IMG/VR virus record: IMGVR_UViG_3300032053_000017
Coordinates: 41,973 to 105,972 of that record
Direction: 5' to 3' (one strand)
Length of the DNA: 64,000 nt
Source of the DNA: a virus
Positions within the stretch are counted from its first letter, which is position 1, and the number at the start of each line of letters is the position of its first letter. The notes beneath the pieces were generated by a model. It worked only from the letters and a program-made list of their open reading frames with translations, was not told the DNA's origin and did no database searches. This document shows, piece by piece, positions 55,906 through 64,000 of this stretch. The position numbers and the translations under genes are program-made.

Positions 55906-56391
55906 TCATGATACCGCGCAGTCCCACGGCTGCCATGATCCGTTGGCCTGGTCCCAAATGATGCGCGCTGCCTGGTGGTTGAGCACATCATTGAGGACGA
56001 TGTCCTCCCACGTCCACCCATATTCATCGGCGAAAAAGTCTGCCCAGATAGCCTTACTGATCTGCATGACGCCACCGTGGGCTGCGTCAAGATCGTAGGT
56101 CCTGGGGTCTTGGCCATGCTTGGACTCGCAGCCCTCAACAGCATAGGCGCTCTCTCGCTCCTGCTCAGGCCACGCGTCAAACCGGTCAATGGGCTGTGGG
56201 GTGTCAATACCGGCTCCGCACTGGCCTACCGCACTCCCTGCTGGCGCCGTGCAAACTGGCGGTCGAGCTTCGCTGAGAACTGAGATGCTGATGAGCGCCC
56301 CAGTGTCTTGTTCGGCGCGCGCGGTACCTCCTCCGAGCATTAGCGCGCTCAACAAGATCATCGGCGCGATAAGATGATAGAGGGGTGTCAA
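55906..56391 (-). CDS. Secreted lytic transglycosylase (SLT-like)
   Basis: Signal peptide; AVEGCES..GVMQI..NHQAA..WQPWDC. Confidence 0.75.
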   Translation of the reverse strand: MTPLYHLIAPMILLSALMLGGGTARAEQDTGALISISVLSEARPPVCTAPAGSAVGQCGAGIDTPQPIDRFDAWPEQERESAYAVEGCESKHGQDPRTYDLDAAHGGVMQISKAIWADFFADEYGWTWEDIVLNDVLNHQAARIIWDQANGSWQPWDCAVS

Positions 56392-56886
56392 ACAGTCTCC
56401 TTACTCTCTTCGTTCTCCCGGTCTTCGTTGGCGACCGCCTCTTCAAGGACCCGGTTCAGCTCATCAAGCCGGCGTATTCGATCAGGGTTGAACATGCTGC
56501 TCACCGGGTGAGGGATCCGTTCGAGGAGCACCTGTAACAGGTCAAGTTCGCGGCTTGCCATGTACACGATGTCTCGCGCGGTCTCGAGCGGCATGGCCAG
56601 TACGATGTTCTTCGCCATGCTAGGCCTCCCCTGCTTCTTGAAATGCGGCCTTGGTAAGCTCCTGGGCCTTGCGCCACTTGCACTCGGAAGCGTGGTGTTC
56701 CAGCACGGAGCTGGCAAATTGGTTGCAGGACTTGCAGCGGTCCCAGTGGTCATCATTGCCCCACTGAGTCAGCTCATGCTGAGCCTTCAAGGCCTTCAAT
56801 AGCGTGGGTGCGGCGTGGTGCAGAATGCAGCGCTCGCGCGTAGGGGCGCGGATGAGGACGCGTCCTACTTGGACATATTCTGTCAT
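56388..56886 (-). CDS. Two small hypothetical ORFs (56388-56618, 56620-56886)
   Basis: Coupled reverse-strand ORFs with SD sites. Confidence 0.55.
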
Positions 56887-56887
56887 G

Positions 56888-57610
56888 CTATGACTCCTTT
56901 CGGGCCCGCAAGTCGTGCGTCAATCCCTTGTTAAATGTGTCCAAATGTTTCTCTGGGATATGCTTGGTGATCTTGTTGATATCGGCTATCCAGCGTCCGC
57001 GCCCAAGCTCGAAACCCAGCGCGAGAAGTTCAAACACGACCGCGTTCTTGCTGATCACCCAAGCGGTCGGCCCGTGCCTAGGGAACGCAGATACCGTGCA
57101 GAATCCAGCCAAGAAACTGGCTAGCCAAGCGGCCTCGTCGTTCGAGGCTTTGAAATGAATCCTGCCGGAGTAAGCATTCCACTGTCCTGGGGCCTCCTCA
57201 AGCACGTAGATCCCGCCCTGATCCTCTGACACGTGAGTCAGTCCCTGAAGGTCGTCGAGCAACTTGTCGAGCGCCATCGGCGGTACCTCGAACTGCAGCG
57301 CCCTGACACTCGTTGCCAGAAACCCGACCATCGTCCACCAGCGCCAGTCACGGCGTCTCCAGTCCTCGATGAACCTCTGGCCACGCTCCTCTGCTTCGAT
57401 ATCTTGGCTTGGAAAACGGGTGCCGTTGCGTACCCGCTGTCCGATCTCCTGGTTTGTGATGATGCGAGCTTGGATCTCAGCGTTCAGCGTCTCGGTTAGG
57501 AATGAGCCGTCGCGCCTGACTGTAAGCTCAACGCCGTCGTTGGCAAGCACCACATACGGTCCCTTGCCATTTTTGTATATCTGACCGACCTCAATCTCTG
57601 TTGGTTTCAT
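56888..57610 (-). CDS. Hypothetical protein
   Basis: SD GGAGGG after a sigma28-type promoter. Confidence 0.65.
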   Translation of the reverse strand: MKPTEIEVGQIYKNGKGPYVVLANDGVELTVRRDGSFLTETLNAEIQARIITNQEIGQRVRNGTRFPSQDIEAEERGQRFIEDWRRRDWRWWTMVGFLATSVRALQFEVPPMALDKLLDDLQGLTHVSEDQGGIYVLEEAPGQWNAYSGRIHFKASNDEAAWLASFLAGFCTVSAFPRHGPTAWVISKNAVVFELLALGFELGRGRWIADINKITKHIPEKHLDTFNKGLTHDLRARKES

Positions 57611-57629
57611 TTGGTACCCTCCATATCTA

Positions 57630-57656
57630 TAGTCGGCACAAACCTAGGAACCTTTA
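57630..57656 (-). promoter_or_regulatory. Sigma28-type promoter TAAA-N15-GCCGACTA
   Basis: TAAAGGTTcctaggtttgtGCCGACTA. Confidence 0.8.
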
Positions 57657-57856
57657 ACCTCAGGCTCCCAGAACCATAGGCCAAAGTTGGATCCTGTCTG
57701 ATATTCCACAAAGCCGCGTTCAAACAGGTGCCCTGGCGAGGGAGCCCCCAGCCCGCGCAGCCACATTATATCGCTGTCTTCAGTGATGACCCGATAGCTG
57801 TAGAAGTTGTCGCGAGTCGGAACCTCAGTGATCATAGCGCGTTTTCTGCTCTTCAT
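57644..57856 (-). CDS. Small hypothetical protein
   Basis: Coupled to the upstream ORF. Confidence 0.5.
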   Translation of the reverse strand: MKSRKRAMITEVPTRDNFYSYRVITEDSDIMWLRGLGAPSPGHLFERGFVEYQTGSNFGLWFWEPEVKGS

Positions 57857-58617
57857 CGCCCTGCCCTCCGGGGCCTAGCGCGCAGCAGTCGCCAGAACTC
57901 CTGTTGGCTGCTGATCTTCACGCGGTACTTGCTCATACTGTAACGCCCATCGAAGTAGCCGGCCCAGGCCATCACCTCTTTGTAACAGCGCCAGAACTGT
58001 GCGCCGTGGGCAGCGAATCCTGTAGAGCCGTAGATATGATAGACCATGTGGTGGGCAAACTCATGCAGCACGGTTAGGGCGCACGTTCCACGTTTGGCCG
58101 AGCTACGGATCCTGATGAACCCTGGGCTATAATAGGAAGCTGAGTCGCCGCTGCCCCGTGTGTACTCGAGAAGCGGCACCGACGTTCGGAACCGACGGGA
58201 CACGCGCTTGGCGAGGACCATAGCCTCCTCGACAGTCAGGCGCGCTTCTGCGGCCCCGTGGAACAAGCGGTACTCGAGTGTGTAGACCTTGCGGCGCTGC
58301 GCGTCGACTGGCCGACCGCGGCGCGTCCGCCCTGCCGTCCGATAACCGGAGCAGTAGTCGCACTCCTTGGCAGACCAGTACAGCGGCCGTCCGCACTTGC
58401 AACGGTAGATCCCACGCTCGCACCAGTGGCAGACGGGGCCGTCAACCTGGGTCCAGGTGTTAATCTCTGGCTTACCGTCGACGTGATATATGGATCTCCG
58501 TTCTTTGGTCGGGAACCCGCCTGCCTCTTGAAGCCGTCGTGGCAGGTTCTGGACCGAAACGTGGCCGTAGCCAACGCTGGTCTTGTGCCCGCAGACTACG
58601 CAAAGTTTGTTGTTCAT
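57853..58617 (-). CDS. SprT-like HExxH metallopeptidase with N-terminal Zn fingers
   Basis: DAQRRKVY..VLHEFAHH..HGAQF. Confidence 0.75.
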   Translation of the reverse strand: MNNKLCVVCGHKTSVGYGHVSVQNLPRRLQEAGGFPTKERRSIYHVDGKPEINTWTQVDGPVCHWCERGIYRCKCGRPLYWSAKECDYCSGYRTAGRTRRGRPVDAQRRKVYTLEYRLFHGAAEARLTVEEAMVLAKRVSRRFRTSVPLLEYTRGSGDSASYYSPGFIRIRSSAKRGTCALTVLHEFAHHMVYHIYGSTGFAAHGAQFWRCYKEVMAWAGYFDGRYSMSKYRVKISSQQEFWRLLRARPRRAGR

Positions 58618-58636
58618 GCGTATCCTCCTATATAGA

Positions 58637-58663
58637 TCATCGGCACAAACCCAGAAACCTTTA
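58637..58663 (-). promoter_or_regulatory. Sigma28-type promoter TAAA-N15-GCCGATGA
   Basis: TAAAGGTTtctgggtttgtGCCGATGA. Confidence 0.8.
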
Positions 58664-59335
58664 ATCTACCGGGCAGCCGATACAGACCGGCGTCCCATTG
58701 GGGCGCAGGCCGAGCTCAGCACCACATTTGATGCAGGGTCCCGGCTTCGGTAGCGAATTGCGACTTGGGAAGCGTCGGCTGGGCAGCGTCTTTTCGTACC
58801 ACCGGCGTCGTGCGACCTTGTCGGTCGAAAGGGCGGTATGATCTGCGGCAAGCTGGTCCCAGGACTCATCCCAGACCAAGAGGTGGAGCGGGTTCAGCAA
58901 CGTAGGGTGAACGCTTAGTTCGACCCACCAACGGTCTTGCCAGCCGAAGCGGACCTCGTCTAGATAGACATAGAAGTCGCCGGCCATGCGACCGTTGTAG
59001 CGCCAGATAGTGCCGCGGTCGTCGATAAGCAGACCCCACGAGGTGATCTCCTTACCCCTGGCATCATGCGGTATGAAGGGGCTAAGGGGGATAGGGATCA
59101 ATGGGTGACGCTCCTCAGGCTGCTCGGGCGTGTAGCGCCAGCGGCCCCGCGTCCCCTCCTGGAGATATTCTCGGCAGTCTGCGCAGGCCGCGATGGGTGT
59201 CTGCCAATCCTCGTGCCGCGAGGTGCGCAACTGGATAGACTTGCACTGGACCTTGTCGCCGAAGTAGGCGCTACTGTCACGTAAGCAGTAACCACACCGG
59301 GCCTCGGCGTCAATCCCGCGTGTCTTTGTAGCCAT
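58661..59335 (-). CDS. Hypothetical Zn-finger protein
   Basis: CxxC pairs at both ends. Confidence 0.6.
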   Translation of the reverse strand: MATKTRGIDAEARCGYCLRDSSAYFGDKVQCKSIQLRTSRHEDWQTPIAACADCREYLQEGTRGRWRYTPEQPEERHPLIPIPLSPFIPHDARGKEITSWGLLIDDRGTIWRYNGRMAGDFYVYLDEVRFGWQDRWWVELSVHPTLLNPLHLLVWDESWDQLAADHTALSTDKVARRRWYEKTLPSRRFPSRNSLPKPGPCIKCGAELGLRPNGTPVCIGCPVD

Positions 59336-59422
59336 CTGTTATCTCCGATCTTCTCGTCTGGGCTGCCCGAGCGGCCCAGGCCAGAGGGCCGGAGCCCCCT
59401 GGAGAATGCGTTTTCATTTATA

Positions 59423-59449
59423 TAGTCGGCGCGTTTCCCAGAACCTTTA
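59423..59449 (-). promoter_or_regulatory. Sigma28-type promoter TAAA-N15-GCCGACTA
   Basis: TAAAGGTTctgggaaacgcGCCGACTA. Confidence 0.8.
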
Positions 59450-59543
59450 ACCTACTACTATTATACCACATCCTGGATCAACTGGATCACCAAAGTGGGA
59501 TGATCTGGCATCAAATTTTGGTGATTCTTCAATCTCAGTCAAC

Positions 59544-59577
59544 AGGTTTCAATCTGCCGCCTGGTAAGTTATGATAG
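59544..59577 (+). promoter_or_regulatory. Phage promoter motif copy 7 (AGGTTTC-N19-TATGAT-AG), capsid operon
   Basis: Exact motif and spacing upstream of scaffold/MCP. Confidence 0.78.
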
Positions 59578-59644
59578 CCCTACAAGACTACTTAGGGGCG
59601 GGCAGTGTCCCGCGACTTTCACGACAGGAGGCATTGGAGAGCTC

Positions 59645-60517
59645 ATGAAGAAGGGCAGGAGCCTCATCCGTCTATCTGACAACCCCTACGGCGGCGACGA
59701 AGACCCGTTGGACCCAACTGGCGGTGAGCTAGGTGGAGACGACGAGGAGGAAGAGGCGCCGTTTGGAGAGGAAGCTCCAGAAGAGGACGAGATGAGCGGC
59801 ATGTACTCGATGCGAAAGGGGCGGAGGGTCAGCGGTCCCCGTGTCAAGCTGTCGCTAGAGAAGCTGGACAACCGCATGACCGGCATCGAGAGGGCTGTGG
59901 TAGATCTGGCCGAGACCGTATCGTCTTTGGCTCAGTCTAACTCTGTCGTGGGTAAGGCGGTTCTTGCCCGACTCCGCAAGGACGACGAGAAGGACGAGGA
60001 AGACGAGAAGGAAGACAAGGCCAGTCTCCGCAAGGACTATGCGTCGGACACCGGTATCGGTGATACCAAGGATGTCGGCGACGACAGGACTTCTGAAGAG
60101 GAGACCAAGAACGAGGTAGGCATCACCGAGGGTGACCTGACCAAGAACCGACGGCTCGCCAAGGACGACGCTGCAAGCAGCTTCGGCGAGAAGGACGACG
60201 ACATGCCCGGCAACAAGCCGGCCGGTATTGACGAGAAGGACAAGAGCCCCGACGACTACCTGCTTCAGGGTGACGCAAGTGACGGACCGGGCCCAACGGT
60301 GAGCGCGGCGCTCAAGGCTGACCTTGCGAAGGCAGCTGCTGCGGTGTACGCTCGACACGGAATCGTTATGAAGGCCTCGGGACCGCGTCCGGGTACGGGC
60401 GGCAGCGAGCCAACAACCGATGTGGATGATCTCTTCGCCAGGGCGCGCAACATGAGCTTCCGAGAGCTCAACAGGAAGCGCGTTGAGGTCGGAGATCTTC
60501 CTGACGGACTGATCTAG
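59645..60517 (+). CDS. Capsid scaffolding protein
   Basis: Acidic, coiled-coil, many [LIVM]xK sites, immediately before the MCP. Confidence 0.7.
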   Translation: MKKGRSLIRLSDNPYGGDEDPLDPTGGELGGDDEEEEAPFGEEAPEEDEMSGMYSMRKGRRVSGPRVKLSLEKLDNRMTGIERAVVDLAETVSSLAQSNSVVGKAVLARLRKDDEKDEEDEKEDKASLRKDYASDTGIGDTKDVGDDRTSEEETKNEVGITEGDLTKNRRLAKDDAASSFGEKDDDMPGNKPAGIDEKDKSPDDYLLQGDASDGPGPTVSAALKADLAKAAAAVYARHGIVMKASGPRPGTGGSEPTTDVDDLFARARNMSFRELNRKRVEVGDLPDGLI

Positions 60518-60530
60518 GGGGAGGGCGAGA

Positions 60531-61934
60531 ATGAGACTTCCAGCTTCGATGGTAAACAAGGGCGGTCAGGTCTGGACTCCCAAGACGCTCTCTGACTGGT
60601 TGCTGCGGGTTCCGGGCGGCGTCTCGCCACGTGAGGCACGCTACGGTTACTTCGGCCCAGGTTCTGGGTTGCTGCAGAAGGACATCACCGCGGCCGGTGA
60701 CGCCTTCCTAAGCACCGACTTCTTCGTCAACACGTTCGGCGCGAAGGTGTGGGACTCGCTTAACAGCCAGACCCGCTTCTTCAACCTGCTCCGCAAGGTT
60801 GCATGGGGACCAACAACTGGTTACAGGATCCGGTCGGGTCGTAACTTGAGCACACAGCCTGTCTCCGAGACAGGTGCGCTGCCCACGATCGACAGCCCGG
60901 ACCTGCAGACTGTGTACATCCAGCCGAAGTTCATCGTGACCTCGCTCGGTGTCACAGCTCTGGCCCAGTTCCTCGGCACTCTTGAGGGTGGTATCGGGGA
61001 CGCGCTGGCCGTGTCTCAGGAGACCGCCATGATCGACCACACCAAGAAGTTGAACCAGATGCTTCTGGCTTCTGGCTCGCAGCGTGTTGTGGCCGGTGGT
61101 GGTACCCCAGATGAGGTCGTAGATGTGAACTGGTTGAGCGTCGGTGATATCGTCAACGGCACAACGGTTGCCGGCGATGTCACGGTCGTCACCGTCACAC
61201 CAGCGACCAACATTATGAGCTACGCGGGCAACGCCCTGGCGACTGATGAGATCATCTTCATCAAGTCGCGGGCCGGTTTCGCGAGTATCGACGACATCGT
61301 CGAGATGACCAACCGCACCATCAACGGTGTAGCGCTGGGTGCTGCCAAGGCGCCGAACTACGGCTCCCTGGTTATGGCCGACCGTGACACCGGCGAGTGG
61401 AACGCGAGCCAGGTCTACGACAATGCCGGCGTTCTGCGCCACATGACCACGGGCCTTCTTGACCAGGCTATCGACTCGGTCCGCCGAAAGGGCGGTGAGC
61501 CTGACCTGGTCGTGACAGGCGTCGAGCAGGTCACGCGGCTGGGTACGATCCTGCAGGCTAACCAGCACTTCATCGGTGAGGGTACCTTCCAGGTCAAGCT
61601 CGGCGGCGAGGGCACGCTGAAGGGTTATCCGACCGGCTTCCAGGTTGCGACGTACAAGGGTATCCCAGTCTTCCACGACTTCGATGCTCCGACGTCCGTC
61701 CAGTTGGCTGCGAACGGTGACTCCAAGCGCGGCGCGAATGCGTACGTCCTGGACACGCGGTTCCTCGAGATCCCGGTGCTGTTCACAACGCAGTACATGG
61801 AATCGAGAGACTACCTCCAGAACAACATGCTGGGCATCAAGGCCATCTACCTGACGGCCGGTGACCTCCGATGTCTGGACTTCGTCAAGCAGGCTAAGAT
61901 CTGCGACCTGAGCGACGGTATCAACCTAGTCTAG
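60531..61934 (+). CDS. Major capsid protein (HK97 fold)
   Basis: FGAKVWDSLN..LRKVAWGPTTGYRI..GGEPDLVVTG..GFQVATYKGIPVF..YVLDTRFL..GDLRC..QAKICDL; size and position fit. Confidence 0.88.
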   Translation: MRLPASMVNKGGQVWTPKTLSDWLLRVPGGVSPREARYGYFGPGSGLLQKDITAAGDAFLSTDFFVNTFGAKVWDSLNSQTRFFNLLRKVAWGPTTGYRIRSGRNLSTQPVSETGALPTIDSPDLQTVYIQPKFIVTSLGVTALAQFLGTLEGGIGDALAVSQETAMIDHTKKLNQMLLASGSQRVVAGGGTPDEVVDVNWLSVGDIVNGTTVAGDVTVVTVTPATNIMSYAGNALATDEIIFIKSRAGFASIDDIVEMTNRTINGVALGAAKAPNYGSLVMADRDTGEWNASQVYDNAGVLRHMTTGLLDQAIDSVRRKGGEPDLVVTGVEQVTRLGTILQANQHFIGEGTFQVKLGGEGTLKGYPTGFQVATYKGIPVFHDFDAPTSVQLAANGDSKRGANAYVLDTRFLEIPVLFTTQYMESRDYLQNNMLGIKAIYLTAGDLRCLDFVKQAKICDLSDGINLV

Positions 61935-62066
61935 GTCGCGGCACGAGATAGGTTAGATTAGCTGAGGGGGCCGGCCAGGCGTCGGCCCCCCAGGCCTTGA
62001 AGGGGAGTCCCATAGCCCCGCTGCCTCCCACGGCAGCCAAAGAAACTATGGTGTAAGGAGGTCAAG

Positions 62067-62513
62067 GTGGGACGCGTGACTATCAGACAGGAGCTTGGCA
62101 AGGGTATGGAGGTTGCGCGGCAGTACAGCGCTACCGGCATCGACCCCGCTGGCTCGACCCAGTATATCCTCATCTGCGTGCCCAAGTTCCGCTACAACGT
62201 CGACAAGCTCGAGTTCTACTCGGCTGTCGCAATCGCGGTCGGGGCTAACTTCGTTGACATCTACAAGGACGAAGCCGCGCCTGTCGAGATCATGACACAG
62301 TTCGACCCCGACACGGTCGTTGCGGGTGCAGCGCCTCTCGAGAAGACCGTGCTTGCGGCCGGCAAGGGTGTCCTTGCAGGAACGCCACTGTACATGAAGC
62401 TCGTGTGTGCCGGCGGAAACGCAGCTGCACCGCCTGATCTGAGTGTAGTCGTCCACATATCGCCTGACATCAAGGGTTACGACGGTGAGTTGACCGTCGG
62501 GACCTACGAATAG
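62067..62513 (+). CDS. Putative capsid decoration protein
   Basis: Follows the MCP; paralog of the next ORF. Confidence 0.55.
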   Translation: MGRVTIRQELGKGMEVARQYSATGIDPAGSTQYILICVPKFRYNVDKLEFYSAVAIAVGANFVDIYKDEAAPVEIMTQFDPDTVVAGAAPLEKTVLAAGKGVLAGTPLYMKLVCAGGNAAAPPDLSVVVHISPDIKGYDGELTVGTYE

Positions 62514-62516
62514 GGG

Positions 62517-63287
62517 GTGTCGACGATGCTGAGGATACGTACCGAGGTCGGCAAGGGCCTTGAGATAGACCGCCATGCGGTCGCGGCGTTCCAGTGCGTC
62601 AACAACGGCGCCAACGCCATGACCAAGGCGGTATGCAGGCCGCGGACCCGATTCGACATCGCGCGGGTTGAGGTCTACTCCGCCGTAGCGCTTGTGGCCG
62701 GTGTCAACCTGCTGGACGTCTGCGTAGGGCTACCGGGGGGTACGGCACTTGTTGCTGCGGCCGACCCGAACGCTATGGTGGTGGCTGGATTTGCAACTAT
62801 CGCCACACAGTCAGACATCCCGCGCAGGGTGCAGATGCAGCTGTCGGACAACGCGGGTGCTGACCTCGTCGTGACCGCGACGGTGGTCGGTCGGGACGCG
62901 GACGGTGCGCCGCTTACGGAGGTCATCGTCAACGCAGCTCCGGGCACAGGTACCACGCTCGGTACCCAGCGGTTCAGGGAGATCTTATTGGTGACGATCG
63001 TTATCGGCGCGGGTGCCGGCGACGCGGCAGATACGCTCGCGCTCGCTACAGTCGATGAAGGTGTCATCGCCCAGTTCAACCCCGACACGATAGTTGCCGG
63101 CGCTGCGCCTGTCTCGCAGACGTTGACCGGCGCCGCGTATAACATCCCGGCCAACGCACCGGTGTGGGCGCGGCTCGTGACAGATAACGGTGCTGTAGCA
63201 GCCCCACCAGATATTGGTGTAGCCGTACACTGGCAGTCGTATATGGGCGCTTACGACGGTGAGACCGCTTACGGCGGCTACGAGTAG
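62517..63287 (+). CDS. Putative decoration protein paralog with ~110-aa insertion
   Basis: Shares GKG.E..YSAVA..QF.PDT.VAGAAP..APPD..YDGE. Confidence 0.55.
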   Translation: MSTMLRIRTEVGKGLEIDRHAVAAFQCVNNGANAMTKAVCRPRTRFDIARVEVYSAVALVAGVNLLDVCVGLPGGTALVAAADPNAMVVAGFATIATQSDIPRRVQMQLSDNAGADLVVTATVVGRDADGAPLTEVIVNAAPGTGTTLGTQRFREILLVTIVIGAGAGDAADTLALATVDEGVIAQFNPDTIVAGAAPVSQTLTGAAYNIPANAPVWARLVTDNGAVAAPPDIGVAVHWQSYMGAYDGETAYGGYE

Positions 63288-63299
63288 GGAGGACAGACA

Positions 63300-64000
63300 G
63301 TGGCTATTCCAATCCGAACCAGAATCGCGCTCAGTGCGCTTCCAGCCAGTATAAGCGGGGTGAGGCTCGAGTACTTCTACGATGATACCGACTCGAACCC
63401 CTTCTTCTGGATCACCGATACCAATGGAGCCTACTCGGGGTTTGGCATCAACCTTGCCGCGCTCATAGGCTCGACAGGTAAGATCGCCGCTGAGCTTGAG
63501 AACCTTGAGCTCGCGACGGCTGAGCTGGCGGACGGCGCGCTCTCAGCTGATGCTGCTGGCCGCTTGAAGATAGCTAACGGTTTCTTTGATGCTGCAACGG
63601 TGCTCAACAAGTTCGCCGCTGGTGCGCTGGTCGGCTCTCTGATATCAGACAAGGCGGTCAACTACACCGACGACGCGACGGAGGTTGAGGTCGAGCACAG
63701 CGGTGCCGCATCTGTAGTCCTCCTAGGGGCTGATGCGAACGTCGACCGGGTGGTGCTCGTACAGGCCATCGCTACCGAGACCTGCGTAGGAGCCGGTCCC
63801 CGCACAAAGTTTGATGTGGGCACAACGGGTCTCCTAACATCCTGCTTCAACGACCTAGCCACGGGCGCGTGGGTTGCCGGCGAACGGTACTTCGGCATCT
63901 GTGTTGTACCGAAGACAACAGAGCTCCTGTGCTCCGTTGTAAACGGTGGCGGCGGCGTACCGGCCGGTAAGGTCAAGTTCCGGATGCTGGTAGTCACGCC
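63300..64000 (+). CDS. Virion structural protein (truncated by window end)
   Basis: GTG start after GGAGG, open to the window end; C-domain similar to ORF 54838. Confidence 0.65.
   Translation, partial: MAIPIRTRIALSALPASISGVRLEYFYDDTDSNPFFWITDTNGAYSGFGINLAALIGSTGKIAAELENLELATAELADGALSADAAGRLKIANGFFDAATVLNKFAAGALVGSLISDKAVNYTDDATEVEVEHSGAASVVLLGADANVDRVVLVQAIATETCVGAGPRTKFDVGTTGLLTSCFNDLATGAWVAGERYFGICVVPKTTELLCSVVNGGGGVPAGKVKFRMLVVT

Noticed and set aside
1802-61934. Archaeal host
   Set aside because: GH25 endolysin, SLT, peptide deformylase, sigma70/sigma28 promoters and GroES all indicate a bacterial host.
61966-61991. GC hairpin after the MCP as an intrinsic terminator
   Set aside because: It lacks a U-tract; it may be an mRNA stabiliser but cannot be supported as a terminator.
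1-64000. CRISPR array, DGR/retron, integrase, IS elements
   Set aside because: I saw no regularly spaced DNA repeats and no RT, recombinase or transposase motifs. The repeats present are coding (collagen, PT, tags).

Overview
This window is 64 kb of a large, GC-rich tailed dsDNA phage genome (Caudoviricetes, HK97-fold head) using the standard genetic code. The host is almost certainly bacterial, given SD sites, sigma70- and sigma28-type promoters, a GH25 endolysin and peptide deformylase. In order it holds: the TerL C-terminus; GroES-like #1; a Vsr/DUF559 endonuclease; a portal with Zn-ribbon inserts; MuF; a metallophosphoesterase; an HK97-gp10-like gene; RuvC; GroES-like #2; a dual-specificity phosphatase; an array of 26 tRNAs mixed with tRNA-like or structured RNAs and two HNH nucleases; PDF, an NDT, a PT-rich surface protein and RtcB; collagen and fibre genes; a ~16 kb block of multi-enzyme polyproteins ending in a 1210-aa prohead protease; tail/fibre and lysis genes; a reverse-strand island under sigma28-like promoters; and the scaffold, major capsid and decoration genes. 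The top finding is a putative capsid-packaged, protease-processed effector system. In it, four ART-like domains plus HNH, HD, papain/transglutaminase-like, GNAT, HipA/PI3-4K-like kinase and zincin domains are strung together. Most are preceded by a [LIVM]-x-K putative cleavage site and one of three short recurring tags (HxPGxHDQxxH, FTHEHxxxPRH, YLKPGExxP..GxRGGxYY). Also notable are a 7-copy promoter motif AGGTTTC-N19-TAnnnT, four sigma28-type promoters, tRNA-mimic RNAs, C33 tRNAs, and a 17-nt element complementary to the 16S rRNA 3' end. All calls come from motif recognition by eye; no database searches were run.
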